Origin: Capillibacterium sp.
GTDB taxonomy: Bacteria > Bacillota > UBA4882 > UBA10575
Reading direction: 5' to 3'
Assembly (NCBI GenBank): GCA_036562545.1
Contig: DATCJZ010000039.1
Location: 293 to 64,292, forward strand
Length of the DNA: 64,000 bases
Shown one piece after another: positions 48,894 through 58,625 of the stretch (position 1 is its first letter; the number at the start of each line of letters is the position of its first letter). The notes below the pieces were generated by a model. The model saw only the letters and a program-made list of their open reading frames with translations. It had not been told where the DNA came from and ran no database searches. The position numbers and the translations under genes were made by a program.

Positions 48894-49313
48894 TCAGCGC
48901 CGGGTGAGGCGGGAGGCTTGGCCGGTCTTTTTTGGGAGACGGCAGGTTTGGGTGGCCAGCAGGCCGCCGTCTTCTTTCTTGGCCTGAAAAACCAGGGTGT
49001 CTTTGTAAAAATAGTGGGTGGGGAGGACGATTAAGAGAAGGCTGGGGCAAGGGGTGGCTTTGAGCGTGACATAATAGCCCCGGTATTTGATCTCCAACGG
49101 TTCGAAACCGCCGGTCAACAGGAAAAGCTGGCCGACGGTTTCTTTAAATGTGGGGAGCTCCAGACCGAATTTCTTTTCCAGCGCCTCTTTTTGGTTAATG
49201 ATTTCCGGCCCGGTGAGGATAAAGGGGCGGAGTGATAAATTATCCCGGCGGAAGATAACGCCGAAAGAAAGGGGGATATATTGGACCGCCGGATAAGGGT
49301 ATAAGGCACCCAC
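48894..49313 (-). CDS. hypothetical protein, third gene of the ECF sigma operon
   Basis: 139-aa ORF with a GTG start 9 nt after GGAGG. No TM helix, signal peptide or known motif. Confidence 0.45.
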   Translation of the reverse strand: MGALYPYPAVQYIPLSFGVIFRRDNLSLRPFILTGPEIINQKEALEKKFGLELPTFKETVGQLFLLTGGFEPLEIKYRGYYVTLKATPCPSLLLIVLPTHYFYKDTLVFQAKKEDGGLLATQTCRLPKKTGQASRLTRR

Positions 49314-49322
49314 TGAAGCCCA

Positions 49323-49376
49323 CCTCCAAACTGAACGTAGTCATTACCCCATTGTATGCCGGAACCAGTTTGGAGG
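49323..49376 (-). promoter_or_regulatory. RBS-sequestering stem-loop upstream of the 139-aa ORF
   Basis: On the minus strand, cctccaaactg (49366-49376) pairs with cagtttggagg (49323-33333 typo-free range 49323-49333). The 3' arm contains the GGAGG Shine-Dalgarno. 11-bp perfect stem with a 32-nt loop. Confidence 0.5.
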
Positions 49377-49389
49377 TGCGAAAGTCCTT

Positions 49390-49950
49390 TCAGCGGGAGA
49401 CCGGCACGCCTTTGACCAGGTGGCTCTGCTCCCGCCAAAAGTAATGTTCGTTTTCGCGCTTTTTCTCTTCCTCCTCTTTCTCCTTGCCGTCTTCGGCAAG
49501 GAAGTTAACATCGGCTTTGGCTTTAACTTCAATGACCGGCTGGTAAGGGGGGCCGGAGCTGACAGAGAAGGGAGCGGTGTCCGGCGTGAGGGTCATTGGG
49601 CTAGTCTGCTCCACCGGAAAGAGATAAAAGGCGGTCAACAGGAAAAGCAAGACGCAGGCGCCGGTCAAGGCCAGCCTTTTCCACCAGAGCAAAGGGTGCC
49701 ACGGATTGGCAGTGAAAGAAGAGGCGGCATGTAAATGATCAAAGAGAAAACGGTCGAGCAAATCCAAATCCCTCTGGTCAATCGGGGGTTCCAGGTTTCC
49801 CAAATAACTTTTGATGTGGGAGAGATCCTCATAGTTTTCGGCGCAGGCTGGACAGTGGAAAATATGGTTTCTAACCAGGCGCTGTTCCTCGGGGGAGAGT
49901 TCCTGGTCAAGATAGGCTGAGAGCAGGCTTTGGACACGATGGCAATTCAT
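49390..49950 (-). CDS. anti-sigma factor (zf-HC2 type, single-pass membrane)
   Basis: N-terminal CHRVQSLLSAYLDQEL...HIFHCPAC (H-x3-C-x2-C) and TM helix LALTGACVLLFLLTAFYLF. ATGA overlap with the sigma gene. Confidence 0.8.
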   Translation of the reverse strand: MNCHRVQSLLSAYLDQELSPEEQRLVRNHIFHCPACAENYEDLSHIKSYLGNLEPPIDQRDLDLLDRFLFDHLHAASSFTANPWHPLLWWKRLALTGACVLLFLLTAFYLFPVEQTSPMTLTPDTAPFSVSSGPPYQPVIEVKAKADVNFLAEDGKEKEEEEKKRENEHYFWREQSHLVKGVPVSR

Positions 49951-50552
49951 TGGTTCTTACCCCTTTCCGCGCTAAGATACGGCTGTAAATATTCGCGGAG
50001 TTGCCGCCGGCCCCGGTGAATGCGCGAACGTACCGTTCCTAGCGAACATTGGAGGATATTACTGATTTCCTCATAGGAAAATCCCTGCACGTCACAGAGG
50101 ACAACCGCCGCCCGGAACTCTTCCGGTAAACGCAAAAGCGCTTTCTGAATGGTCTCGCCCAATTCATGCCGGAGGGCAAAGTCCTCCGGAAGTTTGGTGT
50201 AATCCGGAACTTCTTTTGGCTTTTCCTGGTCGAGATGGGGCGGGGTTTCATCCAAGGAGGCCACAAAAGGACGCCGCCGCTTTTTCCGGTATTGGTCGAT
50301 GAATAACCGGTAGATAATCTGGTAAACCCAGCGGTCGAAGGCCGTTCCCGTTTTAAAGCAATGAAACGCCCGGTAGGCCTTGAGTAATGCCTCTTGGGTT
50401 AAATCCTGCGCATCATCGTGGTTGCCAGTCAGGCGAAAAGCAAAATGGTAGAAGGCCTTTTCATAGATTTTAACCTGTTTTTCAAATTCGTCCAGGGCAT
50501 CCGGCGCCGGCCGGGCCAGCGATAAAGTCTCTGTTTGCAGCATAGTATCCAA
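49947..50552 (-). CDS. ECF-type RNA polymerase sigma-70 family factor
   Basis: Region 2 DAQDLTQEALLKAYRAF and region 4 HTH FSYEEISNILQCSLGTVRSRIHRGRRQL. The ATG at 50543 is an alternative start. Confidence 0.9.
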   Translation of the reverse strand: MDTMLQTETLSLARPAPDALDEFEKQVKIYEKAFYHFAFRLTGNHDDAQDLTQEALLKAYRAFHCFKTGTAFDRWVYQIIYRLFIDQYRKKRRRPFVASLDETPPHLDQEKPKEVPDYTKLPEDFALRHELGETIQKALLRLPEEFRAAVVLCDVQGFSYEEISNILQCSLGTVRSRIHRGRRQLREYLQPYLSAERGKNQ

Positions 50553-50625
50553 ACCCTTTCTCAGCTTAACTCTTACCAGTATTCTACCGTTTAACGAGAA
50601 TTAAGTCAAAAGCAGGTTTTACCTC

Positions 50626-51828
50626 TTAATCTTCGGGCTTTGCCTCTAAAACCACATCGATCTTTTTAAAGGCGTTCCCGCGCCAGACCAGCAGGGAGAC
50701 CTTATCTCCGACTTTCATCTTTTTGACCTTATTGGACAAATCGTCAGCGGATTTAATCTCCTCCTGGTTTATTTGGGTAATAAAGTCATGGGCACGGAGT
50801 CCCGCTTTGGCGGCCGGGGAGTCTTCCACGACCCGGTAAACATAGACCCCATTCTCAAACGGGAGATTATAATACAAAGCCAGGTCCTTGTTGATGGTTG
50901 TCATGTAAATTCCCAGCCAGGGTGTGGTTGATTCTTTATGGGTAATCTTACCCTCGTTGATCAGGGCGTCCAGGTTGTCCTTGAGTAATTTGATGGGAAT
51001 GGCAAAGCCGATATTTTGGGCGTTGGAAAGGATTGCTTCGTTGATCCCGATTACTCTCCCCTTCAGGTCGACCAGGGGGCCGCCGCTGTTTCCCGGGTTA
51101 ATGGCGGCATCGGTCTGGATGAGATAACCTTCTTCATCGGTACTGGAGAGGGAACGGTTCAAAGCGCTGATGATCCCGGTGGTTACCGTTTCGTGTAAAC
51201 CATAGGGATTGCCGAAGGCCACCACCCATTGGCCGATTTGCAGGGCATCGGAGTCGCCCAGTTCCAAGTAGGGGAGGTTAGTCGCATTAATTTTCAGAAT
51301 GGCCAGGTCATATTTTTTATCCGCCCCGACGACCTTGGCCTCGTATTTTTTGCCGCCCCGTAAGTTGACGGTTATTTTGTCGGCGTTTTCAATCACATGA
51401 TAGTTGGTGACCACATAACCGTCAGGACGCACGATAAAACCGGAACCGGTCCCCTGTTGTACATACTCTTGCCCACCATAGAAATCATCAAAAAAGCCGG
51501 GACCGAAGAACTCCCGGAAAAATTCGGGGATCATCGGATTGGTCCTAATGGTCCGCTCGGTATCGATATAAACAACGGCGGGAGCCACTTTGATATTTAC
51601 ATTAATAATTGCATTTTCCCATGAAGAATCGGAACCAAAACCGAAGGCAGTTTGCTGGATCTTTGGTTCCTGCTGTCCGGTTGCGCCTTGCTGGACAGGG
51701 GGAACCGCCTCCGTTTCCTTCCTGGAATCGGCAAAAGCCAGAAAAACAGCGGAAGTGATAATAGAAGTAGCGATGATGATAAACAATAAGGTTAATACTT
51801 TTTGGTAACGCTGTTTAAAACTGCCCAT
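50626..51828 (-). CDS. HtrA/DegP-family serine protease with PDZ domain
   Basis: Catalytic triad contexts TNYHV, DLAILK and GNSGGPL, an N-terminal TM anchor and a C-terminal PDZ. The ATG at 51828 follows GAAGGAGGAA. The ORF opens at 52044. Confidence 0.9.
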   Translation of the reverse strand: MGSFKQRYQKVLTLLFIIIATSIITSAVFLAFADSRKETEAVPPVQQGATGQQEPKIQQTAFGFGSDSSWENAIINVNIKVAPAVVYIDTERTIRTNPMIPEFFREFFGPGFFDDFYGGQEYVQQGTGSGFIVRPDGYVVTNYHVIENADKITVNLRGGKKYEAKVVGADKKYDLAILKINATNLPYLELGDSDALQIGQWVVAFGNPYGLHETVTTGIISALNRSLSSTDEEGYLIQTDAAINPGNSGGPLVDLKGRVIGINEAILSNAQNIGFAIPIKLLKDNLDALINEGKITHKESTTPWLGIYMTTINKDLALYYNLPFENGVYVYRVVEDSPAAKAGLRAHDFITQINQEEIKSADDLSNKVKKMKVGDKVSLLVWRGNAFKKIDVVLEAKPED

Positions 51829-52111
51829 CGCGAATTCCTCCTTCTTTGGTTTTGAATATATGCCGAACGGAGAGGCTTTTGTTCTAAGGGTAAAAACGCT
51901 GCCTTTCTCTAAAAGTTCCCTGCAGAAATCAGAGAAATTTCCGGTGAAAAGGAGGAGTTTCCCCATTTGGGTGGAATTAATTAGGTGAATTATTAAGTTC
52001 AAGGAATTGAACCATCCGTTAATTTTAAGAAGATTTAGCCACAATTGAACTTTTTGTCTTGAATTGCCGGAAGGTAATTTCTCTCCTTGAGTCTGAAGGA
52101 GTCTTGACCGA

Positions 52112-52993
52112 ATGCCTTATAGTATGACCGGTTTTGGCCGTTTTAAGTTGGAGAATGACCCCAACTACCTCATTACCGCTGAAATCCGTAGCGTCAATCA
52201 TCGCTTTTTTGATCTTTCCGTCCGTCTGCCGAAGAATTACACCTGGCTGGAACAGAGTATTGTGCAACAAGTCAGGCCCCTTCTTCAGCGGGGAAAGATC
52301 GACCTTTCGCTGGTGATTGAGGAACGGCCGGATTACCAGAATTGCCGCCTGGAAATTGACCAAGCTTTACTGGCCGCTTATTTGCGGGAGTTTGAGCTAA
52401 TCCGGAGGAAATTCCGGATTCCTGGTAAAATCCGGATGGAACAGTTGTTTTTCATCCCTGACCTTTTTATAAAAAAGGCCGGGGCCGATGAGGAAGCTTT
52501 GGAGAAGGCGGTGGGACAGGCTGTTTATGGCGCTGTTCAACAGTTGTTGGCGATGAGAAAGCGGGAAGGGGAAAACATCGCGGCTGATTTGAAGGCGCGG
52601 ATTCACCATTTGCAGCAGACCATCGGGGAAATTGCGGCTTTAGCTTCTGGATTGCCCGCTTTCTACCGGGAAAAATTGACGCAGACGTTGAAGAATTTAT
52701 TGGCGGAAGTGGAGATTGACGAACACCGGTTAGCGATGGAGGTCCTTTTTTATGTGGAACGCTCTTCGATTACCGAAGAGATCACCCGCTTTAAAAGCCA
52801 TCTGGAACAGTTTTTATCCACTTTAGACACTTCCGGACCGGTGGGAAAGAAATTGGATTTCATCGCTCAGGAGTTACACCGGGAAATTAATACGATTGCG
52901 GCGAAAACCAGCGAATACTCCATCTCCCAGTATATTGTGGAGGTTAAAAGTGAAATCGAGAATATTCGCGAACAAGTTCAAAATATTGAATAG
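52112..52993 (+). CDS. yicC: YicC/YloC-family stress-induced protein (endoribonuclease)
   Basis: SMTGFG...EIRSVNHRF N-terminus and a C-terminal DUF1732-like EEITRFKSH...REINTI. Confidence 0.9.
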   Translation: MPYSMTGFGRFKLENDPNYLITAEIRSVNHRFFDLSVRLPKNYTWLEQSIVQQVRPLLQRGKIDLSLVIEERPDYQNCRLEIDQALLAAYLREFELIRRKFRIPGKIRMEQLFFIPDLFIKKAGADEEALEKAVGQAVYGAVQQLLAMRKREGENIAADLKARIHHLQQTIGEIAALASGLPAFYREKLTQTLKNLLAEVEIDEHRLAMEVLFYVERSSITEEITRFKSHLEQFLSTLDTSGPVGKKLDFIAQELHREINTIAAKTSEYSISQYIVEVKSEIENIREQVQNIE

Positions 52994-53004
52994 GAGGTGA
53001 AATA

Positions 53005-53319
53005 ATGCCGCTGCCAAAATTGACCATTGAGGAGAAAAAACAAGCATTAAAAAAGGCACAGCAGGTCAGAAGCCAACGGGCAAAAATCCGCCAGGATTTA
53101 AAGGCCGGACGCACCGGTATTCGGGAGATTCTGGAACAGGTGGACAATGATGTGATTGCCAAAATGCGTGTGGCCTATCTGCTGGAATCGCTGCCGCGGA
53201 TTGGGAAGGTCCGTACCCGGAAGATCATGAATGAAATCGGCATTGATGAAACCAGAAGAGTTCAAGGCTTGGGTTCCCGGCAAAAACAGGCGTTAATCGA
53301 ACGCTTTGGCAACCAGTAA
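53005..53319 (+). CDS. mihF: integration host factor, actinobacterial mIHF-type
   Basis: Collinear with mycobacterial mIHF as I recall it: LPKLT.EE...AL.KA...R..RA..R..LK.G...I.E.L......V..KM.V..LLESLP.IGKV....IM.E..I...RR..GLG.RQ..AL.E.FG. Confidence 0.7.
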   Translation: MPLPKLTIEEKKQALKKAQQVRSQRAKIRQDLKAGRTGIREILEQVDNDVIAKMRVAYLLESLPRIGKVRTRKIMNEIGIDETRRVQGLGSRQKQALIERFGNQ

Positions 53320-53339
53320 AAAGGGGGCTTCCACTCCGA

Positions 53340-53609
53340 ATGGATATCAAACTAATTAATATTGGTTTTGGGAATATGGTCGCGGCCAACCGGATTGTTG
53401 CGATTGTCAGTCCCGAGTCGGCCCCAATTAAACGGATTATCCAGGAAAGCCGTGACCGTGGAACCCTGATTGATGCTACATACGGAAGAAGAACGAGAGC
53501 AGTTATTATCGTTGACAGTCTGCATGTAATTCTTTCGGCGGTCCAACCTGAAACAGTTGCCCACCGGTTAAATACAAAAGATCCAGCAAATACTGATCCG
53601 GAGGAGTAA
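53340..53609 (+). CDS. remA: extracellular matrix/biofilm regulator RemA (DUF370)
   Basis: [53 protein letters not shown] is the near-invariant RemA core. Confidence 0.9.
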   Translation: MDIKLINIGFGNMVAANRIVAIVSPESAPIKRIIQESRDRGTLIDATYGRRTRAVIIVDSLHVILSAVQPETVAHRLNTKDPANTDPEE

Positions 53610-53612
53610 TAT

Positions 53613-54212
53613 TTGATGGATGGTTTGCTCTATGTGCTTTCAGGTCCGTCCGGAGTGGGAAAAAACACAATTCTAGCGGAAGTGCTGTCCAAGAGGAAAG
53701 ATTTGACCTACTCAATCTCCGCGACCACCCGTCCACCCCGGGGACAAGAGGTAGACGGGGTAAATTATTATTTTTTGTCGAAAGAGCAATTTTTGGCGGA
53801 AATCCAAAACGACGGTTTTTTAGAATGGGCGGAAATCTACGGCTATTACTATGGCACCCCCAAACAGATGGTTCTTGACCGGCTGCACAAGGGGGGACAT
53901 GTGATTCTGGATGTGGATATCCAGGGCGCTGCCCAGATTAAAAGAAATTATCCAAATGCCATTTTGATTTTTATTTATCCGCCTTCCATTGAGGAACTGA
54001 AGCGGAGATTGCTGGCGAGGAACACCGAGGATCAAGCATCGATCAACAAACGATTGGCCTACATTGATCAGGAATTGGCGGCGGTTTCCTTCTATGATTA
54101 TGTGGTCATCAATGACCGGCTGGAGGAAGCCTGCCAACGGGTGGAGTCGATTATCAACGCTGAAGAAGTCAAAGTTGCGCGCGGGTACTGGAAGCGGTTG
54201 CTTTACTCTTGA
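53613..54212 (+). CDS. gmk: guanylate kinase
   Basis: P-loop SGPSGVGKNT, then TTRPPRGQEVDGVNYYF. The ATG at 53616 is equally possible. Confidence 0.95.
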   Translation: MMDGLLYVLSGPSGVGKNTILAEVLSKRKDLTYSISATTRPPRGQEVDGVNYYFLSKEQFLAEIQNDGFLEWAEIYGYYYGTPKQMVLDRLHKGGHVILDVDIQGAAQIKRNYPNAILIFIYPPSIEELKRRLLARNTEDQASINKRLAYIDQELAAVSFYDYVVINDRLEEACQRVESIINAEEVKVARGYWKRLLYS

Positions 54213-54275
54213 CAAAGAGGGGAAAAATGTTTATTCTATGTTATACCACTGGGATCAGGGAGGCGTATTTCCACA

Positions 54276-54479
54276 GTGATTACACCGTCACTCGAAGATC
54301 TGCTGGAGAGAATCGATAACAGATATGCACTGGTGGCGACTGCGGCCAAGCGTGCCCGCCAAATTATCAATGAAAACGGCCCCAATGCCGACGGGGCTAT
54401 TGGCGCTGTCTCAACCGCTTTAGATGAGATTTTGCAAGGGAAAGTCTTTCCCGAACAGCCATCCAATAGTAATCAATAA
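54276..54479 (+). CDS. rpoZ: DNA-directed RNA polymerase omega subunit
   Basis: 67 aa. PSLEDLLERIDNRYALVATAAKRARQI is typical RpoZ. GTG start. Confidence 0.9.
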   Translation: MITPSLEDLLERIDNRYALVATAAKRARQIINENGPNADGAIGAVSTALDEILQGKVFPEQPSNSNQ

Positions 54480-54568
54480 TGGGTAACTTTTAACCCCGGC
54501 GCATCAGGCGCCGGGTATTTTGTTATTTGTCCATTTTTTTGCTAATCCAACATCCGTGGAGGAGACTG

Positions 54569-57028
54569 ATGCTAACCCGTCGTTACATCCAAGTCATTGT
54601 TAACTTGCCCGAGTTGCCTGAGGACCGCTTGTTTGATTACGCGATCCCGGAGGACTGGCCTTTTGTTCCGTCCCCGGGCATGCGGGTGCTGGTGCCTTTT
54701 GCGGGGCGCCGGGTGGAAGCCATTGTTTGGGACCACCGGCCCCCCAGCTATCAGGAGGAGATTAAAGAGGTCTTGCTGGTTCTGGATGATCTGCCTTTAT
54801 TGACCCCGGCGCAGATGGACCTGATTGAATGGATGGCAAGGCGGTTTTTTTGCCGGCGGCAAGATCTTTTCCGCTTATTTTTTCCCCCGGGGGTCAATGC
54901 GAAAACGGAGAAATGCTGGCGGCTGGCGGGTCAACCGGCGGAAATCGAGGCCTTCATCAACCAGCTTCTCCTCCCGGAGGAGCTGCGCCGGAAACTCCAA
55001 ACACTCTGCCGGAAAGGGACGACGGATTATCTACCGTTGCCGCCAATGGAATCGGAAGAGAAAGCTTCTTTCCTAGCCCTGGTGAACGCCGGGTTGATCG
55101 AAATAAGCTGGCATCCGCAAAAACCGGCGGTGAGGTTCAAAACCGCCCAGGCTTATCTTATCAACGGGGAGAGGCGGCCGGAGGAGGCCGGTGCCCTTTC
55201 CCCCAAGCAACAGAAAGTATGGGCTTTTTTGGCGGACCGGCAAGAGCCGGTGGCCGCCCAGGAGATTTTGGCCGCCACCGGTGTGTCCGCCAGTGTGCTG
55301 GAAGCCCTCTGCCGGAAAGGGCTTATTAACAAAACCACGTTAGTTTTAGACCGTAATCCCTTTGACCAGCCGGTGGCATACCGGCCGGCGCCGGTGCTCA
55401 ATGCCGAACAGGAGCAGGCTTTGGCCCAAATCCGGGAAGCCCTCCGGCGTAACCAGGCCGCTTATTTTCTGCTCCATGGAGTGACCGGCAGCGGCAAAAC
55501 CGAAGTCTATTTACAGGCCATTGCCGAAGCCCTCCGCCACGGAAAAGAAGCCATCCTCCTTGTTCCGGAGATTTCGCTCACCCCGCAAACGGTGGAGCGG
55601 GTCAGGTCCCGGTTCGGAGAGGCGGTGGCGGTTTTACACAGTAGCTTGTCCGACGGGGAACGTTTTGATCAATGGTGGAAGATTAAGCACGGCGAAGTTA
55701 AAGTGGTGGTGGGCGCCCGTTCGGCCGTTTTCGCTCCTTTACCCAACCCGGGTTTGATTATCATCGACGAAGAACACGAGTTTACCTACAAACAGGAGGA
55801 GGTTCCCCGTTACCAGACAAAGGAGGTAGCCAAAGAGATCTGCCGGCGGGTGGGCGGGGTTTTGGTGCTGGGCAGCGCCACTCCGTCCCTGGAAAGTATG
55901 TATGCGGTGGAAAAGGGGGAACTGACGGAACTGACTCTTCGCCAACGGATCGAAGGCCGGGTAATGCCTGAGGTCCGTCTGGTCGACTTAAGGCAGGAGT
56001 TTAAAGCCAGACGTTTTAACGTTTTAAGTCCGGTTTTAAAGGAGGAAATTGCGGCCCGTCTTGACCGGCGGGAACAAGTGATCCTCCTTTTAAACCGGCG
56101 CGGATTCGCCACGTTTATCCTCTGCCGCGAATGCGGGCATGTCTTGAAATGTCCTTCCTGTGATGTGACTTTGACTTATCACCGGCAACCGGCGGTGCTC
56201 CGTTGTCATTATTGTAACTACCAAACGCTCCCGCCCGACCGTTGTCCCCATTGCCGGAGCCCGTACTTGCGGTATTTCGGCCACGGAACTCAGCGGTTGG
56301 AGGAAGAGATTACCACCGCTTTTCCCCAAGCCCGGGTGGCGCGGATGGATCTGGACAGCACCAGCCGGAAGGGCAGCCATGAACGGATTTACCGGCAACT
56401 GGTACGCCGGGAAATCGATATTTTATTGGGAACGCAAATGGTGGCCAAAGGATTGGATCTGCCCAATGTCACCCTGGTAGGAATCATTGCGGCCGATGCC
56501 GGGCTCAACCTTCCGGATTTCCGGGCGGCGGAACGGACGTACCAGCTCCTGACCCAGGCTGCCGGCCGGGCCGGCCGGGGAGAGAAAGCCGGTCTGGTGG
56601 TGATCCAGACTTACAATCCGGAGCATTACAGCATTAAGGCGGTGGCGGAAGGGGAAGAGGACCGCTTTTACCGGCAGGAACTGCTTCTCCGGAAAGCAGC
56701 CGTTTATCCACCCTTTGTCCATCTGATCCGGCTGGTCTTCTCCGGCCCGGAGCAGCAAAAGGTGATGAGAGTCGCAGAAAAGCTAACCGCCCTTTTACAA
56801 AAGGCTGTCCAGAAGCTGGCCTTGCCTGCCGACGCGCTGGCCGTGATCGGGCCGCAGCCGGCAATGATTGAAAAGATCAAGAACCAGTACCGCTGGCACA
56901 CTTTGCTCAAAACCAAGGAACTGGCCATCGCCCAGCGTCTCTTGGCGGCCCTGATGAAGGCTTATTACCGGAACCGTCCCAAAGAGGTGCGGGTGATCAT
57001 CGACGAAAATCCTTATTCCGTGTTATAA
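54569..57028 (+). CDS. priA: primosomal replication-restart helicase PriA
   Basis: Walker A GVTGSGKTEVY, DEEHE, and four CxxC pairs of the Zn-binding insert (CRECGH, CPSCD, CHYCN, CPHCRS). The ATG at 54569 follows GGAGGAG. The ORF opens at 54527. Confidence 0.95.
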   Translation: MLTRRYIQVIVNLPELPEDRLFDYAIPEDWPFVPSPGMRVLVPFAGRRVEAIVWDHRPPSYQEEIKEVLLVLDDLPLLTPAQMDLIEWMARRFFCRRQDLFRLFFPPGVNAKTEKCWRLAGQPAEIEAFINQLLLPEELRRKLQTLCRKGTTDYLPLPPMESEEKASFLALVNAGLIEISWHPQKPAVRFKTAQAYLINGERRPEEAGALSPKQQKVWAFLADRQEPVAAQEILAATGVSASVLEALCRKGLINKTTLVLDRNPFDQPVAYRPAPVLNAEQEQALAQIREALRRNQAAYFLLHGVTGSGKTEVYLQAIAEALRHGKEAILLVPEISLTPQTVERVRSRFGEAVAVLHSSLSDGERFDQWWKIKHGEVKVVVGARSAVFAPLPNPGLIIIDEEHEFTYKQEEVPRYQTKEVAKEICRRVGGVLVLGSATPSLESMYAVEKGELTELTLRQRIEGRVMPEVRLVDLRQEFKARRFNVLSPVLKEEIAARLDRREQVILLLNRRGFATFILCRECGHVLKCPSCDVTLTYHRQPAVLRCHYCNYQTLPPDRCPHCRSPYLRYFGHGTQRLEEEITTAFPQARVARMDLDSTSRKGSHERIYRQLVRREIDILLGTQMVAKGLDLPNVTLVGIIAADAGLNLPDFRAAERTYQLLTQAAGRAGRGEKAGLVVIQTYNPEHYSIKAVAEGEEDRFYRQELLLRKAAVYPPFVHLIRLVFSGPEQQKVMRVAEKLTALLQKAVQKLALPADALAVIGPQPAMIEKIKNQYRWHTLLKTKELAIAQRLLAALMKAYYRNRPKEVRVIIDENPYSVL

Positions 57029-57076
57029 TAAAACTTATAGTTACGTATTTTATTGGCAGGGGAGGGCTGCGTTTTT

Positions 57077-57535
57077 ATGATTTTGCCGATTGTGACTTAT
57101 CCTAATCCGGTTTTACGCCAAAAAGCCCAACCGATTAAGAAAATCACCAAACGGATTAAGAAACTGGCCGAAAATATGCTGGAGACCATGTACGCCGCCG
57201 AGGGAGTGGGCCTGGCCGGACCCCAGGTCGGCGTGGGGGAAAGAATTGTGGTTATCGATATCGGCAGCGGTCCGCTGGTCTTAATTAACCCGCAAATTCT
57301 CGAGAAAGCCGGTCAAGGCCGGGATGTGGAAGGCTGTTTGAGTATTCCCGGCAAGAGCGCCTATGTGACCAGGGCGGCCAAGGTGAAAGTGGCCGCGCTG
57401 GACTTGGAAGGCCGCCGGGTTGAACTGGAAGGAGAAGGTTATCTGGCCCGGGCCTTCCAGCACGAAATCGACCATCTGGACGGGATTTTGTTCATTGACT
57501 ACCTTTCCGGAGAGGCGGGAGGGGAAGAAAAATGA
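57077..57535 (+). CDS. def: peptide deformylase
   Basis: GVGLAGPQVG, EGCLSIPG and HEIDHLDG. The ATG at 57077 gives the conserved MILPIVTYP N-terminus. Confidence 0.95.
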   Translation: MILPIVTYPNPVLRQKAQPIKKITKRIKKLAENMLETMYAAEGVGLAGPQVGVGERIVVIDIGSGPLVLINPQILEKAGQGRDVEGCLSIPGKSAYVTRAAKVKVAALDLEGRRVELEGEGYLARAFQHEIDHLDGILFIDYLSGEAGGEEK

Positions 57536-58479
57536 GATTGGTTTTTATGGGCACCCCCGATTTTGCCGCCGTTTCCCTCCGGCGTTTACTGGAAGCCGGA
57601 CACCGGGTCTTGGGGGTGGTGACCCAGCCGGACCGCCCCCGGGGGCGGGGCATGAAATTATCCCCTTCACCCGTGAAAGCGGTGGCCGTGGCGGAGGGCT
57701 TTCCCGTTTTCCAGCCGGAGCGCCTGCCTGATGAGGAATTGATGGCCTTTCTGGAAAAGACCCGTCCGGAACTGATCGTGGTGGTGGCTTACGGACTCAA
57801 GATTCCGCCGGCCATTTTGAACTTGCCTCTCTACGGCTGTGTGAACGTGCACGCCTCCTTACTGCCGAAATACCGGGGAGCCTCCCCGATCCAGGCCGTC
57901 CTGTTAAACGGGGAGAAAGAGACGGGGATCACCACGATGCGGATGGACGAAGGTTGGGATACGGGGGATCTTTTACTGACCAGGCGGGTGGCGATTCGCC
58001 CCGATGATACCTTTGGCACGCTTCATGATCGTTTGGCGGCCGTGGGAGCGGAGGTCTTACTGGAAACCCTGGACGGTTTGGCGGCCGGAACCATCAAACC
58101 GCAGCCCCAGAACCACCAGGAGGCCACCTATGTGCATAAGCTGACCGAGGAGGCTCTCTTCTTAAATTGGGCGGAACCAACCCTTTCCCTATATAACCGG
58201 ATCCGGGCCTTCGATCCCTCCCCCGGCGCCCGTACCTATTTAAAAGGGGAGATTTTCAAAGTCTGGGCGGCCCGTCCGGGCCAAGACTGGTGCGGCCTGG
58301 AAACGGCAAAGCCCGGCACCATCGGCGCGTTCACGAAGGGAGAAGGGGAAGGACTGCCGGTGCGGACCGGCGACGGGGTGCTCCTGCTGACGGAGGTGCA
58401 AAGCCCCGGGAAAAAACGGCTGCCGGTGAAAGAGTTTTTGGCCGGCAATCCCCTGCCGCCCGGGCTAATTTTAGGTTAA
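57532..58479 (+). CDS. fmt: methionyl-tRNA formyltransferase
   Basis: FMGTPDFA and NVHASLLPKYRGASPIQ. ATGA overlap with def. Confidence 0.95.
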   Translation: MRLVFMGTPDFAAVSLRRLLEAGHRVLGVVTQPDRPRGRGMKLSPSPVKAVAVAEGFPVFQPERLPDEELMAFLEKTRPELIVVVAYGLKIPPAILNLPLYGCVNVHASLLPKYRGASPIQAVLLNGEKETGITTMRMDEGWDTGDLLLTRRVAIRPDDTFGTLHDRLAAVGAEVLLETLDGLAAGTIKPQPQNHQEATYVHKLTEEALFLNWAEPTLSLYNRIRAFDPSPGARTYLKGEIFKVWAARPGQDWCGLETAKPGTIGAFTKGEGEGLPVRTGDGVLLLTEVQSPGKKRLPVKEFLAGNPLPPGLILG

Positions 58480-58625
58480 CAGGGAAACTTTTCAACCGGT
58501 CCGACGTTTTTTCTTTTAGAAACAGGCTTCCCGGGGATACTAAGCAACGCCCGGTTCGCACGCTTTGTTGGGGAAAGGCTTGGTGGTCCGGAAGACCGAG
58601 TTAGTGACAGAGGAGGCTTGATCTG

